A stretch of 54,023 nucleotides of DNA, taken from Octopus bimaculoides. Taxonomy: Eukaryota. Both the position numbers and the translations under genes were made by a program. The notes below the pieces were generated by a model, which had not been told where the DNA came from, did no database searches, and saw only the letters and a list, made by a program, of their open reading frames with translations. The DNA lies in the NCBI RefSeq assembly GCF_001194135.2, contig NC_068997.1, positions 32,365,441 to 32,419,463 of the forward strand. Reading direction: 5' to 3'. Shown here piece by piece: positions 38,041 through 47,767 of this stretch. Positions within the stretch are counted from its first letter, which is position 1; each line of letters begins with the position of its first letter.

Positions 38041-38645
38041 TTGTGAAAAAGTATAAGTAATGTTCGGATTTTAAATAAGGAAGACAAGTGATCAAATCTT
38101 ACATTTAAGTGGAACTTAATCGTTAATATAGCTTCCATGATTATCTATGACATTTTTCTATCTACTCGTAAGCTTTTTTAATCCCATTAGTGAAAAACTC
38201 TTTCAGTTTCGAAGAGAAGTACTCTGCAAGGTCAGTTTCAACTTCCTCAGTTATTTCGAGAGTTAATCCATCTAAATGTTTCTGTAAGCTACGGAACAAA
38301 TGATAATCTGAAGGAGCAAGATTCGGGGAATAAGGCGATGAGCAATTTTCTCCTAGTCAACTTCTTCGATCTTCTGTGACATGATCTTTATAGTGTGGGG
38401 TCTTGCATTGTCCTGATGAAAGACCACTCCCTTTCGATTCACTAAAGTAGGCCTTTTTTTCTTCAAAGCAACGTTCAAACGCTCTAATTGCTGACAGTAG
38501 ATTTGAGCATTGATTGTTGCATTAGTTTGTAGCAACTCAAAGTGAATGAGCCCTTTGCAATCCCACCAAATAGAGAGAAGAACCTTCTTCGCATGGAGTT
38601 CTCTTTTCAGCTGTGTTTGGTTCTTTTTCACTTTGACAACAGACT
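38041..38645 (-). mobile_element. Mariner transposase remnant (3' half plus one TIR)
   Basis: KVLLSIWWDCKG..FELL..TINAQIYCQQLERL..RPTLVNRKGVVFHQDNARPH, frameshifted C-terminus to ..NHGSYIND*; TIR-like TA|TTGTGAAAAAGTATAAGTAATGTTCGGATTTT at 38039; 5' side cut by the element at 38660. Confidence 0.9.
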
Positions 38646-38659
38646 CATTTTTTTTAAAT

Positions 38660-38798
38660 ATTATTTACATTTGACCGATATTTGTCCTCATCTTGTTTGT
38701 TGTTAACACAACGTTTCGGCTGATATACCCTCCAGCCTTCATCAGGTGTCTTGGAGAAATTTCGAACCTGGGTTCTCATTTCTAAGGTATCTTTCGAC

Positions 38799-38866
<68 letters not shown>

Positions 38867-38950
38867 AGTCACTGCCTGGAATCGAACTCGGAATCTTGGA
38901 GTTAGTAGCCTGCGCTCTTAACCACTATGCCATATGCCCATGGGCATATG
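38660..38950 (-). mobile_element. tRNA-headed SINE-like element: tRNA(Arg)-like head, (AAT)n, hammerhead-containing tail
   Basis: Minus strand TGGGCATATGGCATAGTGGTTAAGAGCGCAGGCTACTAACTCCAAGATTCCGAGTTCGATTCCAGGC; A-box TGGCATAGTGG 38932-38922, B-box GAGTTCGATTCC 38889-38878; then (AAT)n and a tail of about 130 nt. Confidence 0.85.
38705..38750 (-). ncRNA. Minimal type-I hammerhead ribozyme, intact core
   Basis: GACAC CUGAUGA A GGCUG-GAGGGUAUAU-CAGCC GAAA C GU U / GUGUU: helix I GACAC:GUGUU, 5-bp helix II, palindromic ACGU helix III; predicted cleavage after GUU between 38710 and 38709. Confidence 0.8.
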
Positions 38951-39071
38951 AAGGCTGGAGGGTATATCAGCCGAAACATTGTGTTAACAACAAACAAAAT
39001 GAGGACACATTTCCGTCAAATGTAAATAATGTAAATAATGTTCATAATTCCTCATCTCTTAAATATAGAAC
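38941..39071 (+). mobile_element. Inverted, internally deleted copy of the hammerhead-bearing element
   Basis: 38948-39030 matches reverse complement of 38660-38742 (5 mismatches in 83); starts with the element's own 5' decamer TGGGCATATG; runs into N-gap. Confidence 0.85.
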
Positions 39072-39573
39072 NNNNNNNNNNNNNNNNNNNNNNNNNNNNN
39101 NNNNNNNNNNNNNNNNNNNNNNNNNNNNNNNNNNNNNNNNNNNNNNNNNNNNNNNNNNNNNNNNNNNNNNNNNNNNNNNNNNNNNNNNNNNNNNNNNNNN
39201 NNNNNNNNNNNNNNNNNNNNNNNNNNNNNNNNNNNNNNNNNNNNNNNNNNNNNNNNNNNNNNNNNNNNNNNNNNNNNNNNNNNNNNNNNNNNNNNNNNNN
39301 NNNNNNNNNNNNNNNNNNNNNNNNNNNNNNNNNNNNNNNNNNNNNNNNNNNNNNNNNNNNNNNNNNNNNNNNNNNNNNNNNNNNNNNNNNNNNNNNNNNN
39401 NNNNNNNNNNNNNNNNNNNNNNNNNNNNNNNNNNNNNNNNNNNNNNNNNNNNNNNNNNNNNNNNNNNNNNNNNNNNNNNNNNNNNNNNNNNNNNNNNNNN
39501 NNNNNNNNNNNNNNNNNNNNNNNNNNNNNNNNNNNNNNNNNNNNNNNNNNNNNNNNNNNNNNNGAAATTTAAT

Positions 39574-39668
<95 letters not shown>

Positions 39669-39686
39669 TAATAATATTTATTGGAT

Positions 39687-39929
39687 TGAGGTAACTCCTC
39701 CAGAAGATATCGAAGCAAAAATAGAAGAGTGCCATTGTTATCAAGTGAACGATATTTGGACATCTCGTGGAAGACACTCTTCTATTTTCGCTTGTATATC
39801 TTCTGAAGGAGTTACCTCAGTCCTATATATATTAACCAAAAGGAAGTAGATTGGCAAGTTTATTTTTATAACCTGTGGAAGACACACCAGATGTTGAAAT
39901 ATCGTTCACTTGATAACAATGGCACTCTT
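39687..39929. repeat. Overlapping inverted repeats (A-B-C-A'..C-B')
   Basis: 39687-39731 vs 39775-39819 (41/45); 39725-39765 vs 39889-39929 (39/41). Confidence 0.85.
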
Positions 39930-39948
39930 GTTTTTGTTTTTTTTTTGC

Positions 39949-39984
<36 letters not shown>

Positions 39985-40054
39985 TGTCATCTAATTTATT
40001 TATTTATTTATGTGTTTCAGCCAAGTGGCTGCGGTCATGCTGGTGCACCGTTGT

Positions 40055-41360
40055 AGAACTGCCCATCAGTGAGAGAATTAAGGATGTTGAAGTGGATGGA
40101 TACAAGAATCTTGTATTTTGAGGACGACAAAATCAAGGAGAGTGAGACGAAGGAAAGCTTTAGGTGAGAGCACCTCAGAAGAACCAAATTAATTAGGAAG
40201 AGTAGACTCAATGGGAAGAGTAAGATCAGGGCAATGAACACATAGGCTTTCTCTTTAATGTAATATGGCGCAGGTGTTCTAAGAAGAAAGACCAGGAAAG
40301 TGATGACAATGAACAAGGAATTGTATCCTAAAAGCGCTGTTGAGGGACTGTACTTTTCTAGAAACAACGGAAGAAAAGGGACCAAGGGATGCAAGATCTG
40401 TGTTATAATGAGGAGAACAGTCTGGGATGATACATCAAACAGCTCATTGAACCTTTGGTTGTCACTGTTAGAAATAGCAACACGATATCTAGCGAAAATG
40501 CGACACACCCAAAAGAATGTGAGGAACTAAATGGAGAGCAGAGATTGAACAAATAGAAAGTGAAAGCGATGCATGAGCAAATACATTAGGGAAATGGAAA
40601 GGAAACAGTACCAATATCTGGAGCTGGCTAAGGAAACGTGATCTGAAAGGATGCATTGAAGCATTGATAGGAAGCGCTCAGTAACAAACTACGAGAACTA
40701 GCTACATCCAGTTCCAAATAGATAAGGCTTTTGAATCGACCCTTTATGAGATATTGAGCATTAAAAATGAAAGTTTCACACACTGAGTAAGTGTAGCAAT
40801 TTGGCTCAAAGGGAATACAAAGGAGGCAAGATAACGTAACTAGATAGGCTCGTTGGAGATTGTGTGAGAAGTACTGTCTTGAAAGAACATTGAAATGGTA
40901 CGAGCATAAACCAACAATAATGAGTATAAGATGATTGACGCTCGGAGACCAAACATTGTTGTAGTTGTAAAACAATGAAGGAAACCAAAATAATAGATAT
41001 TGTCATACATGCGGATGTAGAAGTGGATGATACAGAACTGGAAAAGATTGAGAAGCCCAATCCACTACAAGTTGAGATTGCACGATTGTGGGCAATGAAT
41101 AAAACTATCATTCCAATAGCTTCAGGGGCATTTTGGAGCATTAACAACCAGGTTTGAGAAATTTATTGAAGAAAATGAGATTGGCATGGCAGTAGAAAAT
41201 GCTCAGAAAATTCCTTTTGTACAGGGGACAGCGAGGGTTTTGAGTACTTGGATGTTAAATATCGTAAAAGACCTTGCGAGCGCCTCAACGACAAACTGTT
41301 GTCCGCTCTTACAGAATTAGTCGGAGCAAGTAAAATCGAACTCTGAGGAGTGAAATAAAT
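40055..41360 (+). mobile_element. R4/Dong-like LINE, 5'-truncated and decayed, ending in (AAC)(AAT)n
   Basis: EDDKIKESETKESFR..RRTKLIRKSRLNGKSKIRAMNT..YGAGVL; RKVMTMNKELYPKS; KWYEHKP; IIDIVIHADVEVDDTELEKIEK..LQVEIARLWAM. Confidence 0.8.
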
Positions 41361-41381
41361 AACAACAACAACAACAACAAC

Positions 41382-41442
<61 letters not shown>

Positions 41443-41996
41443 GCCCTGATGCATTACCAGGCACTGGCTTTCATGGCTTCTCATCTTAACTGATTGGAAG
41501 TGTTATCATGTACATTGATTTGTCTTTGTACAAAAGATGGTCAATACCACAGATTGTGCTCAAAACCAAAGATTTGCTTGTCCTTTGCTTGATCTTAACC
41601 AGTTGAGCATGTCCTTTAGTGGCTGACGATATGTGCATCTCTGATCATGAGCAGAAGTAGTGGGGGAGCATCATAGCCATGTGTTGAAAGGAATTCTTTG
41701 GAGTTTGGATGATTCACCTCCGGAGACATTGGTGTTTCGTTCTACATCCTTAAACAACCCTTATTCAAAGACCTTTTGAGCAGGATGGGTCACACGACCT
41801 GAAGAAAATTTTAACTAGGACCCACCTGCGAGGTCATCCGCTGTTAATCTTGATATGAGATCACCGTATCGCGCACATATGGTTGTGATGTATGTGCCTG
41901 GTGTACCCTTATCAGACGGGTAGTCATGATGGGTATAATGGGCCTCGTATATCTTACCTCAGTGTCACTTTGATGACATGCACTGCTCTCTCACTC
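41443..41996. mobile_element. About 555-bp non-coding interspersed element embedded in (AAT)n
   Basis: Complex-sequence block bounded on both sides by long pure (AAT)n; no ORF or tRNA boxes found; resembles an abundant octopus repeat as I recall it, unverified. Confidence 0.55.
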
Positions 41997-42050
<54 letters not shown>

Positions 42051-42051
<1 letters not shown>

Positions 42052-42280
42052 TGAGAACTGCCCATATCCTACGTAAAATACTGTCTATGTGATCTCAAAT
42101 TTTAAAACAAACAAGTTTTTTAATGGTTTCTTAAACATTCTCTATAACAACACTATGTACAAATCCAAATATATGGTACCCTAGGCATAACACCTACATG
42201 AACTTGTAACTTGTTGTCTCGTGAGGTCTCTGGGTGAGACTTGGATCCAACTTGTACAAATGCAAAGCAAAAGTCAAACA
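42051..42280 (+). mobile_element. R4/Dong-like LINE extreme 3' end
   Basis: RTAHILRKILSM* plus 3'UTR homologous to about 29060-29283; (AAT)n on both sides. Confidence 0.85.
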
Positions 42281-42295
42281 TAAAATAATAATAAT

Positions 42296-42505
42296 CCTTT
42301 CTACTTTAGGCACAAGGCCTGAAATTTTTGGGGAGAGGCCAGTCTATTAAATCAACCCCATGTCGCAACTGGCACTTAACTTATCGAAGTCGAAAGGATG
42401 AAAGGCAAGTTCTACATCGGCGGATGAACTCAAAGCGAAACGGCAGACGAAATACCGCTAAGTATTTTCGTCCGGCGTGCTAACGACTCTGCCAGTTCGC
42501 CGTGA
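42296..42505 (-). mobile_element. SINE family B
   Basis: CCTTTCTACTTTAGGCACAAGGCC..GAAAGGATGAAAGGC..GCTAACGACTCTGCCAGTTCGCC. Confidence 0.88.
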
Positions 42506-42540
42506 AGATAATGATGATGATAATAATAATAATAATAAAA

Positions 42541-43339
42541 ATCCCAGCAATGGCTGAGAAGCTCAGGACTCAAAGCAGAGACTGAAGGATTTTTAATTGC
42601 TGCACAAGACCAAAGCCTCCCCACCAGAAATTACCAAAAACACATAATGAAAAGAAATATAACAAGTAACTGTAGAATATGTGGAGATGNNNNNNNNNNN
42701 NNNNNNNNNNNNNNNNNNNNNNNNNNNNNNNNNNNNNNNNNNNNNNNNNNNNNNNNNNNNNNNNNNNNNNNNNNNNNNNNNNNNNNNNNNNNNNNNNNNN
42801 NNNNNNNNNNNNNNNNNNNNNNNNNNNNNNNNNNNNNNNNNNNNNNNNNNNNNNNNNNNNNNNNNNNNNNNNNNNNNNNNNNNNNNNNNNNNNNNNNNNN
42901 NNNNNNNNNNNNNNNNNNNNNNNNNNNNNNNNNNNNNNNNNNNNNNNNNNNNNNNNNNNNNNNNNNNNNNNNNNNNNNNNNNNNNNNNNNNNNNNNNNNN
43001 NNNNNNNNNNNNNNNNNNNNNNNNNNNNNNNNNNNNNNNNNNNNNNNNNNNNNNNNNNNNNNNNNNNNNNNNNNNNNNNNNNNNNNNNNNNNNNNNNNNN
43101 NNNNNNNNNNNCCTTAGGTATAATAAAAAAATATTCAGACAAATACATAACAAAAACACCAGGACTTACAAATATATATAACATACAGAAAATTGCACTA
43201 CTGGGTACTGCACACATTCTACGCAAAACACTTTCAATACAGTAAACATAAGAGCACCACAGCAAACCACAGCACATACCCAAGGCGCACAGAGCTGCGC
43301 TCGGTAGTGAAGTGAAAGCACGTTATAAAAATAAAACTA

Positions 43340-43343
<4 letters not shown>
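42541..43343 (+). mobile_element. R4/Dong-like LINE 3' part (second subfamily, gap inside), ending in (AAT)n
   Basis: SQQWLRSSGLKAETEGFLIAAQDQSLPTRNYQKHIMKRNITSNCRICGD [gap] LGIIKK..IQKIALLGTAHILRKTLSIQ*. Confidence 0.88.
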
Positions 43344-43391
<48 letters not shown>

Positions 43392-43395
43392 GTAA

Positions 43396-43512
43396 TCTTT
43401 TCTTTTCTGCTATAGGCACATGGTGTGAAAGTTTAGGGACGTGGGATTACACCGACCCTCGTGCTCAACTGGGACTTAATTCATTGATCTCAAGATCATA
43501 AAAAGTAAAAGA
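43396..43512 (-). mobile_element. SINE family B 3' fragment
   Basis: TTTCTGCTATAGGCACATGG..GTGCTCAACTGGGACTTAAT. Confidence 0.7.
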
Positions 43513-43967
43513 CATTTAATACTCAAGCACACATATCACACGTGGGTATGTGTGTGTGTATGCGCTCGCGCGTGCGTGTCTGTGTGTACGTGAGTGTGTG
43601 CGTGTATGTGTACGTGAGTGTGCGTCTGTGTACGCGATATTTAAATTGTTCTGCGCAGGGTTTTTTGTAACTAAAGAACTCAAGTCTGAATGTATAAGGG
43701 GAGGGGGGGCATATATATTTTCCTCTCCTCCAGATTAAAAAACAAAAAGAAGAGAAGCAACAAACAAGAAACAAAGAGTGGAAAACCCAAAACACTTTTG
43801 CTTTGAAACTATTAATTCAATATCTTCTGGGAGTTTGCTCTGAGTGCGTAGGGAAGAAGAGCAACGCACCAATACACATACTGAAATGAGTGCGTATACT
43901 TGCAGCCATATATATGTGTGTGTGAGTATACATATATGCGTACGTGTATGTATACGCACACACACAC

Positions 43968-44030
<63 letters not shown>

Positions 44031-44859
44031 NNNNNNNNNNNNNNNNNNNNNNNNNNNNNNNNNNNNNNNNNNNNNNNNNNNNNNNNNNNNNNNNNNNNNN
44101 NNNNNNNNNNNNNNNNNNNNNNNNNNNNNNNNNNNNNNNNNNNNNNNNNNNNNNNNNNNNNNNNNNNNNNNNNNNNNNNNNNNNNNNNNNNNNNNNNNNN
44201 NNNNNNNNNNNNNNNNNNNNNNNNNNNNNNNNNNNNNNNNNNNNNNNNNNNNNNNNNNNNNNNNNNNNNNNNNNNNNNNNNNNNNNNNNNNNNNNNNNNN
44301 NNNNNNNNNNNNNNNNNNNNNNNNNNNNNNNNNNNNNNNNNNNNNNNNNNNNNNNNNNNNNNNNNNNNNNNNNNNNNNNNNNNNNNNNNNNNNNNNNNNN
44401 NNNNNNNNNNNNNNNNNNNNNNNNNNNNNNNNNNNNNNNNNNNNNNNNNNNNNNNNNNNNNNNNNNNNNNNNNNNNNNNNNNNNNNNNNNNNNNNNNNNN
44501 NNNNNNNNNNNNNNNNNNNNNNNNNNNNNNNNNNNNNNNNNNNNNNNNNNNNNNNNNNNNNNNNNNNNNNNNNNNNNNNNNNNNNNNNNNNNNNNNNNNN
44601 NNNNNNNNNNNNNNNNNNNNNNNNNNNNNNNNNNNNNNNNNNNNNNNNNNNNNNNNNNNNNNNNNNNNNNNNNNNNNNNNNNNNNNNNNNNNNNNNNNNN
44701 NNNNNNNNNNNNNNNNNNNNNNNNNNNNNNNNNNNNNNNNNNNNNNNNNNNNNNNNNNNNNNNNNNNNNNNNNNNNNNNNNNNNNNNNNNNNNNNNNNNN
44801 NNNNNNNNNNNNNNNNNNNNNNNNNNNNNNNNNNNNNNNNNNNNNNNNNNNNNNNNNNN

Positions 44860-45100
44860 CGTTTGAATGTGGTGTGTGCCAGAGGGTTTGCAAATCCAAT
44901 GGGGGTCTTAAAAGACATGTTAGGATCCACAATGAGCAGAACTTACTTGCAGGTATTGGTAGTGCAAATCAGAGGTGCAATCTGTGTGGGTGTTTTTTCA
45001 AAACACTGTCTGGTTTAAAAAGCCACATCAGACGTCATGAAAGGGCTAAGGTGTAGGTGCAGGAGGTGGTCAAACTCTGTTTAAGGAGTAGACAACCACC
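44860..45100 (+). mobile_element. RTE-type LINE 3' end encoding two C2H2 zinc fingers, with 3' stem-loop and (ATGT)n tail
   Basis: FECGVCQRVCKSNGGLKRHVRIH-NEQNLLAGIGSANQR-CNLCGCFFKTLSGLKSHIRRH*; GL.(S/R)H.R.H motif typical of RTE C-termini, no TGEKP linker; GGTGGT..ACTC..GAGT..ACCACC hairpin 45065-45100. Confidence 0.65.
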
Positions 45101-45127
45101 ATGTATGTATGTATATATATGTATATA

Positions 45128-45163
<36 letters not shown>

Positions 45164-45597
45164 TGTATGTATGTATGTATGTATGTGTGTATATATATAT
45201 GTGCGTGTGTATAGATAGATAGAGAGATAAATATACACGTATGTGTGTATATATGTATATAAACATATGTATGTGGAGAGTTGTGCATGTATTAGTCTTC
45301 TTATATATAGCTATATAACAGTGCACGCGCGCGCACACACACAAACGCGCGCGCGCGCACACACAAGCACACATGCACACAGTCGCATACATATCCATCA
45401 TCATCTCGATTTGTATGTGTTTTGTCCCAGTTTGGTAATAACCAATGCACTTACCGCATTTACCCAATATCTATTTCTCTCACGTTTACATGTTTCTCTC
45501 TCTCTCCATCTCTCTCTCTCCCTCTCTCTCTCTCCCCCCTCTCTCTCTCCCTCTCTCCCTCTCTCTCCCTCTCTTTCTCTCTCTCTCTCTCTTTATT

Positions 45598-45631
<34 letters not shown>

Positions 45632-46073
45632 TTTCTTTTTTTCTTTCTCTCTTTCTCTCTTTCTTTCTCCCTCCTTCTTTCGTTCTCTGTCGCATACAAA
45701 TACACACACACACCCACACATACGCACACGCACACACATCCCCAGACTGTCTCTTATTTACTCATTATTCTTTTATTCATTGTCTCTTTGTATAATATAC
45801 ATGCGTGTGTATGTGTGTGAATGTGTTTGCATATGTATATGNNNNNNNNNNNNNNNNNNNNNNNNNNNNNNNNNNNNNNNNNNNNNNNNNNNNNNNNNNN
45901 NNNNNNNNNNNNNNNNNNNNNNNNNNNNNNNNNNNNNNNNNNNNNNNNNNNNNNNNNNNNNNNNNNNNNNNNNNNNNNNNNNNNNNNNNNNNNNNNNNNN
46001 NNNNNNNNNNNNNNNNNNNNNNNNNNNNNNNNNNNNNNNNNNNNNNNNNNNNNNNNNNNNATATATATATATA

Positions 46074-46317
46074 TAGTAGTCCCTCGACTATTGCGGCTGT
46101 TACGTTCCAGAAACCCCTGCGACAGGTGGAAATCCGCGATGTAGAAACCGTACTGTATAGTTATTATTATTATTTTGTATATATTATTATTTGTATATAT
46201 ATTTGTAATTTGTATATATTTATTTTATTATAAATGCAAGCAACACCACAGAGGAATCGACGTAAGCTTAAATAAGAACCCGCGATAGGTGAACCGCGAT
46301 ATAGTGTGGGATTTCGG
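46074..46317. mobile_element. Tigger/pogo-like MITE, degenerate TIRs
   Basis: Left TAGTAGTCCCTCGACTATTGCGG; right CCGCGATATAGTGTGGGATTTCGG|TA; internal CCGCGA motifs. Confidence 0.5.
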
Positions 46318-46323
46318 TATATA

Positions 46324-47561
46324 CAGTGTGCATAAGATATTTGGGGACAGATTTATATTCAGAAAAAATAATAAACAGATATATAGTAACAGATAATAAC
46401 TACTTATCAAAAAATGCTATGAGGATAAAAATAAATCTTTTCTATAATGTTCTTCAATAAAGCCACCTTCAGCTTCAACAACTGCTTCTACATGCTTGAA
46501 TCAAGTGGTCCTGGTTCATTTTGGACATTTCTCTATGGCAGCTTTCAAAGAATCTCTGGTGTTATGGGTGTATCCATTGACCTCTCTCTCAACAACGCTC
46601 CACATGTAATAGTCCAATGGATTGAGATCTGGGGAATTAGGAGGCCAAATGTTAGGGGTTATGGGATCATGAAAATTTTCAGCCGTCCATTCCTGTGTTA
46701 CTAGAGCCATGTGTGATGGTGCAGAGTCTAACTGAAACGCATATGGCCTTCCATTGCACACACTGTCTATCCAGGGCTTAACAATTGTTTCAAGGACCTC
46801 AATGTAGGTGGCAGAGTTAACCCTAAGGCCTTGTGGGAAGAGGTAAGGAGGCATCACATGTCCTTCATTGCTGACAACCCCTAAAACCATGACAGTAACA
46901 GAAAATTTTGTATGCATAACACTTGGAACTTCAGAAGGGTTTGCACATAACCATCTGTCATTTCTTCTGTTAACTTTTTGATCTTGGTCGAAGTTATTTG
47001 AGAAAAACCAAATCAAGTCTTCTTCTGCTGCATTTTTCAATTTGTTTAAGAGCCTTTTACATCTGATGTAGTGATTTTCCTTTGCTTTTTTGGACAAATT
47101 GACCTTTCCTCATCATATAAGACTTATAACTGATGACTTCACTTCGTGGGTAACATTTCTGACTGTTCCTCCTGACACATGGAGATCTTTTGCAATTGAC
47201 CTCACGGACTTTCTGGGATTGTAATCAATGGTCTGTTGAACTTGGATAAATTTAGGTGTTCTGATGATTTCAGAGCGTTTAAAATGTTTTTTATGCTTTG
47301 TTACTGGTGATACGTTTCCATCTTTAGTCTCTAGCTCCTTACAAACTTTGTAGACGAAAGATCTGGCAACTTTTGAAAATCGAGATATTCCTAAATCGCT
47401 ATGCTCAGCCTTTATAACCACAATAACAGCATTTCACATGATTTCTTGAGTAAGCTGAAGGTCTGCCATTGTTATTTTCTGAATCAAAGATTATGCAGAG
47501 TTAGCAAAAAATGCAGCAATGATCCAAAAAAGGTATATCCTCAAATACCTTACACACCCTG
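46324..47561 (-). mobile_element. maT-family (DD37D) Tc1/mariner transposon, TIR to TIR, inactive
   Basis: TIRs CAGTGTGCATAAGATATTTGGGGACA / reverse complement CAGGGTGTGTAAGGTATTTGAGGATA (20/26), TA at both flanks; FQLDSAPSH-x-WPPNSPDLNPLDY with 37 residues between the D's; first D lost (WFFSNNFDQ); ORF split into 47113-47421 and 46516-47097. Confidence 0.9.
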
Positions 47562-47649
47562 TATATTCACATGCATACATACGTACATACATATGCATAT
47601 GCATATGCATATGCATATGCATATGCATACATACATATCTACACACACA

Positions 47650-47767
<118 letters not shown>

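Noticed and set aside
38865-38940. Functional tRNA gene (also heads of SINE families A, B and C)
   Set aside because: Acceptor and anticodon stems do not pair, and the heads continue into SINE bodies.
41470-41510. ATGGCTTCTC...AAGTGTTATC faint likeness to the U2 snRNA 5' end
   Set aside because: Only two short patches match and the intervening stem-loop is absent; likely chance.
44862-45056. Host C2H2 zinc-finger gene exon
   Set aside because: No TGEKP linker, RTE-like finger motif and retroelement-like 3' tail favour a LINE origin; kept as a finding rather than a gene.
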